Part shown: one piece after another, positions 1 to 10,440 of the stretch
How positions within the stretch are numbered: position 1 is the stretch's first letter
Layout: each line of letters opens with the position of its first letter
Source: Promethearchaeota archaeon
Lineage (GTDB): Archaea > Asgardarchaeota > Lokiarchaeia > Sigyniarchaeales > SOKP01
DNA: 64,000 nt
NCBI GenBank assembly: GCA_016839765.1
Contig: JAEOTP010000015.1
Span: forward strand, 1-64,000
Direction of reading: 5' to 3'
Notes under the pieces: model-generated
Seen by the model: the letters and a program-made list of their open reading frames with translations, nothing else
Told to the model about the DNA's origin: nothing
The model's database searches: none
Translations under genes and position numbers: made by a program

Positions 1-858
1 ACTGAAACTATATTCAAGCCCATAGCCCAAAGTGGCGCAGGTTGGGTCCATTACTATTCGGTTCCTTGGTAATCCTAATTCTATTGCATCTTTATTCATC
101 TTGATTTGATTATTTAAGTCCAGACTGGTCCATAGAAGGCAATTGTGGTCGTATTTTACCGCTAAAGGAATGACATCCTCCCATGTTGCCTTATCAGCAG
201 CGGAAAGCATTAAGACTTCACTTTCTGTTGCTGCTGCTGTAGCTTTAAACAGTTCAATATCTTTCGCTTTATTTCCAGAGCAACCAATAATTACCGGAAC
301 ATCAACAGCTTGTAGTATATCTTCTAAATATTTTACAGACTGAGAAATTGGAGCATCTCCCATTCCTGGATCGATTTCAAGGGAATGAAAGGTAACACAT
401 TCAGCTCCAAATTTATCTACTGCGAATTTTGCCCATTGTGCTGGATGTGCCAAAACATCTCCATATTCTTCTTTAATAGGTTTGGGTAGCATCATTTTGG
501 CACCCATATCGAATACGTCGTAGGTTACAAGTGGAGGATGAGGGTTTCTTTTGTCAAGTCCAACAAAATTGTAGAAAGGTGGAACCACTTCTCCTCCAAT
601 AACAGCTTTTTTGCCATTGGATCGGACAAATTCAACAGTTTGGATTGTTCCTGGATAAGCTACATCAAGTGAAAATTTGGTTGCGGTCCATTCTGCCTTT
701 CCAATACCAGGAAGAGCTGCTTGAGCCGCAGCTTGAACGATACTCGGAAGCATTTGGAATTCTAAATATTCTGCAAATAATTCTACGTCTTTTAATTCTA
801 TTTCTTCTGTATCTTTCATTAATTTAGCAAATTTTTTACTGATCTCTTCGAATGAAAT
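1..858 (-). CDS. cdhD: Acetyl-CoA decarbonylase/synthase (corrinoid Fe-S protein) delta subunit, 3' end runs off window
   Basis: Not in ORF track; manual translation of the minus strand gives ...IGGEVVPPFY...PPLVTYDVFD...PAQWAKFAVDKFGAE...LQAVDVPVIIGCSGN...RIVMDPTCATLGYGLEYSFS, typical of CdhD. First ATG at 819; frame open to ATT at 858 behind a GTGA SD-like motif. Confidence 0.93.
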   Translation of the reverse strand, partial: MSFEEISKKFAKLMKDTEEIELKDVELFAEYLEFQMLPSIVQAAAQAALPGIGKAEWTATKFSLDVAYPGTIQTVEFVRSNGKKAVIGGEVVPPFYNFVGLDKRNPHPPLVTYDVFDMGAKMMLPKPIKEEYGDVLAHPAQWAKFAVDKFGAECVTFHSLEIDPGMGDAPISQSVKYLEDILQAVDVPVIIGCSGNKAKDIELFKATAAATESEVLMLSAADKATWEDVIPLAVKYDHNCLLWTSLDLNNQIKMNKDAIELGLPRNRIVMDPTCATLGYGLEYSFS

Positions 859-1202
859 TTTATCTCACTTTTATTTTCTGTAATATTTGATAATTAGGCT
901 ATTGAAGAATTGAATTTAAAATTATGTGATGGAGATTGATCATGGACCAACTGATTCCATTACTTTTGTAGAGTATCAGACAAGAAATAAGGTCAGAATT
1001 ATGGGAAAAGGAAATTTATTTAAATTTAATAGTGATGATTTTCGATCATTATTAGAAATAATCAACGTTTTTTTTTAACTAAATTGTAGAATATTTAAAT
1101 GTAATAATATCTTAAAAAAAATTTACAGTAATTTTTAGAAAATAAAAAAAGAAAGTATTATTAAAATATTAAAAATATTTAGTTCACATAAGGTGATTGA
1201 TT

Positions 1203-1964
1203 ATGGGCAAATTGGATAATAAGGTCGCCATTGTAACAGGGGCAGGTCAGGGCGTTGGAAGAGGTATAGCCCTTGCATTTGCAAAGGAAGGTGCAACCGT
1301 CGTTGTGGCTGAAATCAATGAAGACTCAGCAAATTCAACAGCTGATGAACTGCGAAACCTGGGTGCCAAGGCGATGGCCATTAATTGTGATGTCAGTAAA
1401 CGTGAAGATGTAGATAAGGTTGTGCAGACCACAGTTGACGAATATGGGGCTATTGATATTTTGGTAAATAATGCGCAAAGTGTTCCACGACCAAGTACTC
1501 CCTTTGTGGAAATAACGCAAGAGGATTGGGATTTGACACTGGGGTCGGGTCTTATGGGGACATTCTTCTTCATGAAAGCCTGCTTCCCACATATGAAGGG
1601 AAGGGGTGGTAAGATCATCAACTTTGCTTCGGGTGCCGGAACCCAACGGATGGTGGGCTTTACACCCTACTCGGCAACCAAAGAAGCGATCCGAGCGATC
1701 ACAGGTGTAGCAGCTCGTGAGTGGGGAAAGCAAGGGATTAATGTGAATGTCGTCTGCCCTGCCGCAAACTCTCCAGGGATGATCCAGTGGAAGGAGAACT
1801 TCCCTGAACAGTATGAGGCATCAATGGCACAAATTCCGCTCGGACGAATCGGCGACTGCGAGGAGGATATTGGCCGGACAGTTGTGTTCCTTGCTAGCAG
1901 TGACTCTGATTACATTACAGGACAGACCATCATAGTTGATGGTGGCACTGATATCCATTCCTAA
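1203..1964 (+). CDS. Short-chain dehydrogenase/reductase (classical SDR)
   Basis: TGAGQGVG, NNAQ, YSATK, ITGQTIIVDGG motifs; ATG at 1203 follows GGTGA SD. Confidence 0.92.
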   Translation: MGKLDNKVAIVTGAGQGVGRGIALAFAKEGATVVVAEINEDSANSTADELRNLGAKAMAINCDVSKREDVDKVVQTTVDEYGAIDILVNNAQSVPRPSTPFVEITQEDWDLTLGSGLMGTFFFMKACFPHMKGRGGKIINFASGAGTQRMVGFTPYSATKEAIRAITGVAAREWGKQGINVNVVCPAANSPGMIQWKENFPEQYEASMAQIPLGRIGDCEEDIGRTVVFLASSDSDYITGQTIIVDGGTDIHS

Positions 1965-2034
1965 CGGACACTGAACTTTGCTACTTTGATTGCTTGGAAC
2001 TTGTCTGAAACGGAAAAAGAGAAAAAAATTAAAT

Positions 2035-2247
2035 TTACTTTTTTTTATTCAAAATTCCATTCTCAAAGAGAGTAAGGCAAAATAGAAAATTTCGCCAGTT
2101 GACGTTCCACCAGGCGTTAGATTTTCGGAAAACATATTTTTCGTTTCGAAAAGCGAAGCAGTTTTTATCCTCATCTAAATTGAATCGTTTATCATCAAAT
2201 CTGCGCTGAATTTCATCTAGTTCAAGGATTGTTGCGAATATAATCAA
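2035..2247 (-). other. Short ORF / possible gene remnant
   Basis: 70-aa ORF with TTG start, no recognisable motif or SD. Confidence 0.2.
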
Positions 2248-2278
2248 ACTTTTTTTTATAAAAAAATTAGTAAAAGAA

Positions 2279-3478
2279 TTAAAAATCTATATCTTTACCC
2301 TCATGAGCATATCTATAAATATTTTCGAAATCTGCTTTAGAAGGTAATCTTGGAGACATTGAGCCACTTGCGTCTTGAAAACATAAATTAACTAAGCTAT
2401 CCAAGTTTTTTTCTAATTGTTCTCTTGAAATTCCTAAATCTTGAATTTTTTCTGGAAATCCCACTTTATTAAATAGTTCTTTTATTCTTTCAATAACAAT
2501 ATTAGCTGCTTTTATATCATCATCATCCCATTTAGCCCATCCTAGTTGTTTTGCCAGTTTTGAATAAATTTCGGTTGATGGATCATCTTTATCAGGGTTA
2601 TTCAAACAATATTGTGTTACATATTTTAACATTAATCCTACACATCTACCATGAGGCGTCTGAAAGACTGCTCCAAGACAATGTCCAGTAGTATGTCCTA
2701 TATGTACATTAGCATTTCCAAATGCTAATCCCGCCATAGTAGCTGCTTGGTGGAGATAATCTCTAGCTTCCTTATTTTTTCCATCCTTATAAGCAATAGG
2801 CAAATATGTAAATACTAATTCGATTGCTTTAGTAGCTAAAGCATTACTGAATTCGTTTCTTCCGTTAGCGATCATGGCTTCCATAGAATGTGCTAAAACA
2901 TCCATACCAGTATCTAAAGTTAAATTGGGCGTCATTCCCGTAGGGAAAATGGGATCCAATATAGAATAAATCGGAACCAAGCCTCTATGCGCTTGGATAA
3001 GTTTTTGCCACACACCATCATTATATCTTGAGACAACCGCAGCATAAGTAGCATCTGCTCCAGTTCCAGAAGTAGTAGGAATTGCAATTAATTTGGCTTT
3101 GTTGCCTAATTCATAGAGATCATTGTTAAAAATATGTAAATCATCTATTCCAAATTCTGGAAATTCATAAATAGCCCACACACATTTTGCAGTATCTATT
3201 ACAGAACCTCCTCCTAACGCAATAATTAAATCTGGCTTATAGGATAAACAAGATTCTTTAGCTTTTAATACTACTTCTTCTTTTGGATCAGGTTCTACCT
3301 CATTAAATACATCATACTTCTTTCCTAATTTCTCTAATTTGTCTGTTAAAATCTTTAAGTATCCTAAATCTTGAATATTTTTATCAGTAACAACAAAACA
3401 CTTACTTCCTACAATATTTTCAAGAAAATCTAGAGCATCTTCTCCATAAACGATATTAGGACTATTGAAATACCACAT
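2279..3478 (-). CDS. Iron-containing alcohol dehydrogenase
   Basis: GGGSVID, IPTTSGTG, DVLAH, HTTGH..H metal ligands. Confidence 0.93.
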   Translation of the reverse strand: MWYFNSPNIVYGEDALDFLENIVGSKCFVVTDKNIQDLGYLKILTDKLEKLGKKYDVFNEVEPDPKEEVVLKAKESCLSYKPDLIIALGGGSVIDTAKCVWAIYEFPEFGIDDLHIFNNDLYELGNKAKLIAIPTTSGTGADATYAAVVSRYNDGVWQKLIQAHRGLVPIYSILDPIFPTGMTPNLTLDTGMDVLAHSMEAMIANGRNEFSNALATKAIELVFTYLPIAYKDGKNKEARDYLHQAATMAGLAFGNANVHIGHTTGHCLGAVFQTPHGRCVGLMLKYVTQYCLNNPDKDDPSTEIYSKLAKQLGWAKWDDDDIKAANIVIERIKELFNKVGFPEKIQDLGISREQLEKNLDSLVNLCFQDASGSMSPRLPSKADFENIYRYAHEGKDIDF

Positions 3479-3543
3479 TTATATATCACTTCTATAATTT
3501 TATTTTGGTTAATTTGAATAAATTAAAAAAGAAAAGAAATAAA

Positions 3544-3945
3544 TTATAGAAATTCTGTTTCTACATTCTGTAAACTATTTACAATTTCTTGGGCTGCTCT
3601 TGTAGCTCTCATCAACTTTGCCATATTTCCTACGAGTCTTAATTTTCCTGACATTACTCCTTGAATAGTATCCAATTCTTTTTTGGCAATTTTTACCCAA
3701 TTATCATATGGTCCAGAAAGTGTAAATTCTACATCAACTTCTTCACCTTCTTCTACTAATTTAACACCTGTGCATTCACCATGATATAATCCTAAAAAAA
3801 ATCGGACTTCACGGTCTAATGGTCCACTAGGTTCAATTACACAAAGCATGTTCCCTTCCCACCAGGATGCTGCCTCACTATAGGTGGGATTATCATTAAT
3901 AGCCTTCCCAAAGGCATCTAACCACTCTTTTGTTAAAATTTTCAT
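3544..3945 (-). CDS. SCP2 sterol/lipid-binding domain protein
   Basis: WEG...GPYDNWVKI...GVMSGKLRLVGNMAKLMR SCP2 signature. Confidence 0.88.
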   Translation of the reverse strand: MKILTKEWLDAFGKAINDNPTYSEAASWWEGNMLCVIEPSGPLDREVRFFLGLYHGECTGVKLVEEGEEVDVEFTLSGPYDNWVKIAKKELDTIQGVMSGKLRLVGNMAKLMRATRAAQEIVNSLQNVETEFL

Positions 3946-4024
3946 AATATTCCCCTTAAAGAATTCATTTTTTGTATTTTATTTTTTAAATATTTAATAT
4001 TTTTTAGTATTTATTAAAAAAAGT

Positions 4025-5212
4025 TTAGGTTAGAGTTAAATCCAGATGGATATCAGTTAAAGGATAAGATATACAAGGATGGATAAAGCCAAAATCTTTA
4101 TCAACCTCACGAATTGTAACTTCGGGAGGTACAAAAACTTTTCCAGAAATCATTTTAGTTCTGCACAATGCGCATTCACCTGAACGACATCCATTATTTA
4201 CATATAGAGCTAAGTTTTTTGTACGTTCTAAACTATTAATTAATGGCTCGGTACAATATGCTTCAAATTCAATTTTTTCTGTTTTACTATATTTCCTGAA
4301 TTTGATTGAAATGTTGACTTTTTTCGAACTATTAATTTCTGTTGGCCATCCCATAACTTGAGTGATATCATCTGGAACACCAAATGCTTCATAATATATT
4401 CTGTGTTTAGAAACTCCTAATTCTTTCATTTCCTCTTTTATGAATTGATACATAGGAAGATTTCCAACGATATAGAAATATTTATCCTTAATTGAACCGA
4501 TTTCATTTAAAATCTTATCTCTTGTAATAAAGCCACATTCACCTTTCCAATCAGACTCTGGTTCTGATAAAATAAAATTAGTCTTTATATTTGACCTTCT
4601 TTTTTGCATATCTTCTAATTCATCTCTAAATAGAATATCTTTTTCAGTTAAGCATCCGTATATTAGTGAGACGTTTAGAGGTATTGCTCTTTCAGAAATA
4701 TCTCGTAACATTGATATAAATGGTGTTATACCACATCCACCAGCAATATAGACTAAATCTTTACCATGAAACATTGAATTATAAGAGAGATTTCCTAATG
4801 GCTCAGTAACTTCAAAAATATCTCCAACTTTAGCATTTTCGAAAAAATATGGACTAACAAATCCGTCTTCTTTTTTTCTTATACCTAATTCATAGTAGGC
4901 GAGTTGATTAGGTGATGATACTATTGAATAAGGGCGTGAGGTTCGTACTCCGTTAATTTCTACTATAAGCCCTATATATTGTCCAGCACGAAACGGTGCA
5001 AGGGGTTTATTTTTTTTAGCAGAAATAAGCCTAAATAATTTTGTATCATGCGAGAGCGCCTTAATGTCGGTTATCTTTAATAATTGACTTCCTGGATGTA
5101 TTCTATCGCATAGGTTTTCCAAACCATCATAATACCAGGGTATTGCTTGAGTTTCTTCTCGCTGCTTTTTTAATTTTTCAGCTTTTTGATACTTTTTTAT
5201 ATCTTCCATCAT
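4025..5212 (-). CDS. FAD/NAD-binding ferredoxin reductase with C-terminal [2Fe-2S] domain (PaaE/KshB-like architecture)
   Basis: RPYSIVS, GFVS, AGGCGITP, EAFG, CRSGECALC...C; ATG at 5212 follows GGAGGTGG SD inside the end of the upstream gene. Confidence 0.88.
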   Translation of the reverse strand: MMEDIKKYQKAEKLKKQREETQAIPWYYDGLENLCDRIHPGSQLLKITDIKALSHDTKLFRLISAKKNKPLAPFRAGQYIGLIVEINGVRTSRPYSIVSSPNQLAYYELGIRKKEDGFVSPYFFENAKVGDIFEVTEPLGNLSYNSMFHGKDLVYIAGGCGITPFISMLRDISERAIPLNVSLIYGCLTEKDILFRDELEDMQKRRSNIKTNFILSEPESDWKGECGFITRDKILNEIGSIKDKYFYIVGNLPMYQFIKEEMKELGVSKHRIYYEAFGVPDDITQVMGWPTEINSSKKVNISIKFRKYSKTEKIEFEAYCTEPLINSLERTKNLALYVNNGCRSGECALCRTKMISGKVFVPPEVTIREVDKDFGFIHPCISYPLTDIHLDLTLT

Positions 5213-5214
5213 GA

Positions 5215-6768
5215 TTACCACCTCCCTTCAATTTTATCTTTTAAATACATCCCCGAAGCAATTCTACCGCCAAGGATTGTTGAAGAAAATCCTCCACCAA
5301 AGTTAGTCCAAGCACCAACTTGGTAAAGTCCAGAAATTGCACCTCTACTCTTTAATCTAAGTAGAGGTCCGTTTGTTACATCTTGAGTTGTTCCGTAAAT
5401 GGCGCCTTCAATATTTTTAGAATAACGGTAATATGTTAATGGGGTTGCTGCGACAGCCACTTCAATGTTTTCTCGAATTTCCGGACAAATTGTGTTTTCC
5501 ACTAATGTTACCATACTATTAGCAATTTCATCTTTAATATGAAAATATTGATCAGGAGGGACACTTTGCCACAATTTCCCCATTTGTAGAGTGGTCAGTA
5601 CTAATTGAGTAGTTCCTGGAGGAGAGATATCCTCATAGATATGATTATAACATGCCGCTACAATATATTTTGGTGCTTCTAATTTATTGAACATTTCAAA
5701 GGCTACATTTATATCATATTTTTCATTGATAAACGTTTCATGAGCAGTTAACCCTAAATCTTTATAAGATCTATTTAATCCAATATAAACAGAGAACCCT
5801 GAAGGTCCGATCTCTGGAGCGTAGATTTTTTTCTTATATTCATCAGGAACAACCTCAGGAGGTAACATCTTCATGGCAGTACATATTGGATTAACATTTG
5901 AGATTACTGCCTTACATTTATATACATCTCCATTTAGTAATTCTACTCCACAAACCTTATTATTTTCAACCAATATTCTATTAACTAAAGCATTATACCT
6001 TATTTCTCCACCTAATTTTTCAAAAGCCTCCACCATCGCATTTACTAATGAATGAGATCTTCCTAGAGGAAATGCTGCTCCCCAGTTTAAATAAAATATT
6101 AACATTGCAATGAATGCATAAGCATTTATCCTCTCTGGTGGTAAACCAAGATAACCCCATAGTTGTGATATCAATGAGATTAGTTTCTTATCTGTGAAAA
6201 ATTTATTATATAATTCTGACAACGTAATACCAGAAATACGTGGAAGCCATGGGTGTTCCTTAAGAACTTCTTGTGGCTTAAATTTTCCACCTTTTGAAGC
6301 AATATATTTAATTCCTTTTAAAACAGCTCCACACATCTCCATAAATTCTTCAATTCCTTTTTTTTCAGCAGGAAAAAGTTCTATTAACTTTTCTCTATAT
6401 TCATCTACACCCAAAGGCATAGTAACATCAAAACCGTCAAGATAGACACTCCGATAAAACTCAGGTATATGTTTAAACCTTAATTTATTTGGAACAACAC
6501 CTAGTCTTTCTAAAAATCTATAAAGACTTCCTTTATTATCTTGTGTTCCTATATCACTTAATTCATGAAGAGCACCTTCAAATTCAAACCGACCTCTCAC
6601 GAAGGAAGTTGCAAATCCACCTGGAACATTATGTTTTTCAAGTAGTAATACTGTTTCTCCTCTCAATACTAATTGACAAGCAGCACCAAGTCCTCCGAGC
6701 CCAGCTCCAATTACAATAACTGGAGATGTAGAAATTACTCTATTTTCATCATAAACACTATTTACCAT
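5215..6768 (-). CDS. Phytoene desaturase (CrtI)/retinol-saturase-like FAD oxidoreductase
   Basis: VIGAGLGGL, EKHNVPGG..SFVRGRFEFE, ATPLTYYRY...GAIYG, GLYQVGAW..GGG. Confidence 0.85.
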   Translation of the reverse strand: MVNSVYDENRVISTSPVIVIGAGLGGLGAACQLVLRGETVLLLEKHNVPGGFATSFVRGRFEFEGALHELSDIGTQDNKGSLYRFLERLGVVPNKLRFKHIPEFYRSVYLDGFDVTMPLGVDEYREKLIELFPAEKKGIEEFMEMCGAVLKGIKYIASKGGKFKPQEVLKEHPWLPRISGITLSELYNKFFTDKKLISLISQLWGYLGLPPERINAYAFIAMLIFYLNWGAAFPLGRSHSLVNAMVEAFEKLGGEIRYNALVNRILVENNKVCGVELLNGDVYKCKAVISNVNPICTAMKMLPPEVVPDEYKKKIYAPEIGPSGFSVYIGLNRSYKDLGLTAHETFINEKYDINVAFEMFNKLEAPKYIVAACYNHIYEDISPPGTTQLVLTTLQMGKLWQSVPPDQYFHIKDEIANSMVTLVENTICPEIRENIEVAVAATPLTYYRYSKNIEGAIYGTTQDVTNGPLLRLKSRGAISGLYQVGAWTNFGGGFSSTILGGRIASGMYLKDKIEGRW

Positions 6769-6817
6769 AAAAAATAATTCTACCAGATAGCATTTAAAAT
6801 TATAGATTTCACATTGG

Positions 6818-6863
6818 ATTTTCCATTTTTGGAAAATTAAAAAAAGTTTACAAACAAGTTTGT
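6818..6863. promoter_or_regulatory. Two palindromes upstream of the CrtI-like operon (candidate operators)
   Basis: ATTTTCCA-N4-TGGAAAAT (6818-6837) and ACAAAC-N2-GTTTGT (6850-6863). Confidence 0.35.
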
Positions 6864-6872
6864 TATTATTAG

Positions 6873-7688
6873 CTACTTACCTATGAAAATTGGTTTTCGT
6901 TTTTCTTTAAGTGCTTGCATTGATTCCTTAAAATCTTTTGAAGTAAATGTTTTTCTTAAGGCTTTATTCTCTAGATCGAGAGTATTGGAAAATATTTCTC
7001 TAAAGTAGCTATGCATCGTCTTTTTCATTAGTTTTATTGAAAGGTACGGACCTTTGGGAGGTATTAACTTTAAAGCTTGTTCTCTCACAAAAGGAATTAA
7101 CTCATCAGGAGGTAACACTTTATTTACCAAACCAAGCTCATAAGCTTGCTTAGCTGTGATTTTATCTCCAAAGTATACGATTTCTTTTGTTTTTTGAAAA
7201 CCTAGATAAAAAGGAAGAATAAAAGAATTAGCAAATTCAGGAATAATACCTCTCTTTACAAAATAGAAACCAAGCCAAGCATCTTCAGACATGTATATTA
7301 AATCTGCCCCAGACAAAGGCATCGTAATACCACCACCGATAGCCATTCCATTAATTGCAGCGATAACTGGTTTATTAAAGTCCCAAAACTTCATACATAA
7401 TTTTTTTTGAGCAATATCCATAATTTCAATTTCAGGATATTTTTTCATTTTTTCAAACATTTCTGGTTTGAAGTAACCACCAGAAGTGAAAGCAGTTCCT
7501 TTTGGATCACCAGTTATTATTAGAACTTTAGCATTCTTATCCTTTTCCATATCTTCTAAAACTCTATATATCTCTAAAAATGTTATATAAGTAACAGCAT
7601 TTCGTATTTCTGGTTTAGATATTATAACTGTACAAATACCGTTTTCTTCTTTTTCATATATGATATCTTCAAAATCTTCTATTATCAT
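6873..7688 (-). CDS. Enoyl-CoA hydratase/isomerase (crotonase family)
   Basis: KPVIAAINGMAIGGG, RGIIPE, AKQAYELGLVNKV, EKRKPIFIGK. Confidence 0.9.
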   Translation of the reverse strand: MIIEDFEDIIYEKEENGICTVIISKPEIRNAVTYITFLEIYRVLEDMEKDKNAKVLIITGDPKGTAFTSGGYFKPEMFEKMKKYPEIEIMDIAQKKLCMKFWDFNKPVIAAINGMAIGGGITMPLSGADLIYMSEDAWLGFYFVKRGIIPEFANSFILPFYLGFQKTKEIVYFGDKITAKQAYELGLVNKVLPPDELIPFVREQALKLIPPKGPYLSIKLMKKTMHSYFREIFSNTLDLENKALRKTFTSKDFKESMQALKEKRKPIFIGK

Positions 7689-7746
7689 CTTGAATTTAAA
7701 ACAATATTTAATTTAAAAAAAATAAGGAAAATTTATCACGTTATTA

Positions 7747-9453
7747 TTACTTTTCTTCTTCTCTAAGTGCCTTTTTCAACACTTTTCCTACTAATGTTAA
7801 TGGTAATTCTTCACGAAATTCCCAAAGTTTTGGAACTTCATATTTAGAAAGATTTTCTTCAGCATACTTCTTTATATTTTCTTTTACTTCATCAGATGCA
7901 ATGACTCCTTCTTTCAGTTGGATAACTGCTTTAACGATTTCAGCGCCAGGTCTATCTGGATTAGGTACTCCAATGATTGCGATTATTGTTATATCAGGAT
8001 GTTTAGTCATGACTTCTTCTACATGGACACTATATACTTTAAATCCACTGACAATTAACATATCCTTTGTACGATCAACTATCTTTAGATAACCTTCCTC
8101 ATCAAAGACACCTACGTCACCCGTGTGAACATAACCATCTTTATCAAATGTAACAGCTGTAGCCTCAGGTTTATTATGATATTGTTTAACTACTTGAGGG
8201 CCTTTTATTAAAATTTCACCTGGTTGTCCAATTTCTTTTATTTCTTCTCCTGATTCTGTATCAATAAGTTTAATGTCTGTATCTGGTAGGGGTAATCCTA
8301 CAGTTCCAATTTTTTTCTCTCCATACATTGGATTAGCAGTTGCAAGAGGGGAAGTTTCAGTCATTCCATATAATTCAATAAACTTGTTCTCAGTATGAAA
8401 TTGTTTTTCAAAATCTCTTATAGCTTCAGGAGGAAAAGGAGCAGCCCCACTTACATATAATTCTATTCCTTCTAATACTTCTGGCGGAATTGTTTTTGAT
8501 TTTGGATTATTCTGAACCATAAGGAAGAGTGTAGGCACATTTCCAAAAGCAGTTGGTTTTTTGTCTTTGATTTCTTCAATAATATGGTCAGTATTCCTTG
8601 GATCTGCTATTAATATTTGAGCACCACCAATATAATTTAAGAATAGCCCTATGAAATACCCTGCGATATGAAAGAAGGGAAATGCAGAAATAACTATTGT
8701 TTTTCCTTTTTCTCTATCAAGCCAAACGTCGAATTGTTTCATATTAGCTATCATATTGAATTGCGAGACTTGAGTCCCTTTCGGACGCCCTGTAGTACCA
8801 CCAGTATATTGAATTAATGCTAAATCTTTTTTAGGATCTATGGCTACTTTCTTTAAATCGATCTCAATATCAACTGCTTCAAGAAATGGGACAACAGTTT
8901 TTCCTGGCCAAGGATCCATCTTTCCCTTAGGTATTTTTTTAATTAATTTTCCCATGAATACTTTAAAGCCTCCAAATCCCATGAATTCTGAAATATTTGT
9001 TGGTACTATCACTTGCATATCAGGTAAGTCATTAAGAAATTTTGAAAAAACTTTTTCATAAAGAATATCCATGGTAACTAGAAATTTAGCACCTGAATCT
9101 TTCATTTGATATGCAATTTCATCAGGACTTAATAAAGCTGAACAACCTGTAACTGTACCACCGGCTATATACGTTCCATAAGCAGCAAATAGATATTGTG
9201 GACAGTTTGCAAGGCAGATAGCAACAACATCACCTTTTTCCAGACCATTTTTTTGCAGAAAAGTAGCAAATTTTTGAGAAAACTCTAATACTTCTTTGAA
9301 AAGCATTGTACGATCCATGAAATATAGACCTACTATATCTGAGTATTTAGTCATTGTTTGAGTTAATATAGTCCCTAAATCTTCTGTTGGATAGGAAAGG
9401 GTTGGCGTAACATGCTTATCATAAGATTTCAGCCATAATTTTTCTCCACTCAT
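7747..9453 (-). CDS. Long-chain fatty-acid--CoA ligase
   Basis: YTGGTTGRPKG, YGMTE, TGD, DRTKDM, LTLVGKVLK. Confidence 0.93.
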   Translation of the reverse strand: MSGEKLWLKSYDKHVTPTLSYPTEDLGTILTQTMTKYSDIVGLYFMDRTMLFKEVLEFSQKFATFLQKNGLEKGDVVAICLANCPQYLFAAYGTYIAGGTVTGCSALLSPDEIAYQMKDSGAKFLVTMDILYEKVFSKFLNDLPDMQVIVPTNISEFMGFGGFKVFMGKLIKKIPKGKMDPWPGKTVVPFLEAVDIEIDLKKVAIDPKKDLALIQYTGGTTGRPKGTQVSQFNMIANMKQFDVWLDREKGKTIVISAFPFFHIAGYFIGLFLNYIGGAQILIADPRNTDHIIEEIKDKKPTAFGNVPTLFLMVQNNPKSKTIPPEVLEGIELYVSGAAPFPPEAIRDFEKQFHTENKFIELYGMTETSPLATANPMYGEKKIGTVGLPLPDTDIKLIDTESGEEIKEIGQPGEILIKGPQVVKQYHNKPEATAVTFDKDGYVHTGDVGVFDEEGYLKIVDRTKDMLIVSGFKVYSVHVEEVMTKHPDITIIAIIGVPNPDRPGAEIVKAVIQLKEGVIASDEVKENIKKYAEENLSKYEVPKLWEFREELPLTLVGKVLKKALREEEK

Positions 9454-9693
9454 TTAAATCCACTCATTTTAAATTTATATTTTGTTTTGGTTTGTAAATT
9501 ACTTTGCTCTATTTGTTTTTAAAAGTTATTTTTTGATTCATTAAAGTTTATGAGAATAAATAGTTTTTCAATTTTCATCCTAGATTTTAAAAAATACTAA
9601 TTAAAATTTTATTGAGTATAAACTAAGCTCCATAAAAAGTAGGAAAAAATATTGATTCGATTTTCTATAATATATCCTTTCTTCTCAATCAGA

Positions 9694-10440
9694 TTACAAA
9701 CCTGGAATCGCTGTTCGCTTATGTATGAATTCCAGCAACTTGGATATAGATGTGATCGTAATTAGGAACATTATTGAGACAATAATATATGTAGTAAGTG
9801 GAAAAAACGTCTTATGCTGGATAAAGTCTGCTTGGAAAAAAAGTTCTTCAACCCCCCCAATGAAGTAGACTAGAACCGTATATTTTGGAAGATAAGCTGC
9901 TTCATTAGACCAAGCAGGAATGACACGACGCAAAGCCTGAGGTAAAACGACGTGCCTAATACTAGATAACCGGGACATACCTAACGATTGAGCTGCCTCT
10001 AATTGTCCGGCTCCAACCGAAACGATGGATCCCCGTAGGTATTCAGCCTGATAGGCTCCACTATTAAGGCTCAATGTAAGTATACCAACAAATATCGGAT
10101 AATCCAGGAGTTTGAGGGAGATTTCCTTATTAAAGATACTAAAACTGGTCTCAATAACCCACATTTCAGAAGGGATATTTAGAGTATTCGGGAGAAAAAA
10201 AATGAAGAATAATTGTGCAACTAAAGGTGTGCCACGCATAATTTCGATGTAACCAGTAGCGACCCCTGAAAAAATAGTCCCTCCATAAACGCGAAGAATA
10301 GCAAGGAATAGACCGAGTATAAAGCCCAGTAAAAGTGCCCATCCATACATCCACATTGTCAACAAGAAACCTGAAAACAAGCGATCCCAGTATCCGAGTA
10401 CAGCAAGCAATTCTTCAATCAGATTCGCTTGAAATATCAT
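9694..10440 (-). CDS. Polar amino-acid ABC transporter permease
   Basis: RGTPLVAQL, SGAYQAEYLRG, GQLEAAQSLGM EAA loop. Confidence 0.92.
   Translation of the reverse strand: MIFQANLIEELLAVLGYWDRLFSGFLLTMWMYGWALLLGFILGLFLAILRVYGGTIFSGVATGYIEIMRGTPLVAQLFFIFFLPNTLNIPSEMWVIETSFSIFNKEISLKLLDYPIFVGILTLSLNSGAYQAEYLRGSIVSVGAGQLEAAQSLGMSRLSSIRHVVLPQALRRVIPAWSNEAAYLPKYTVLVYFIGGVEELFFQADFIQHKTFFPLTTYIIVSIMFLITITSISKLLEFIHKRTAIPGL

Noticed and set aside
143-827. Plus-strand ORFs 143-343 and 645-827
   Set aside because: Antisense shadows of cdhD
929-1078. 49-codon ORF MEIDHGPTDS...
   Set aside because: No SD, no motif, ends in a T run; cannot be supported as a gene
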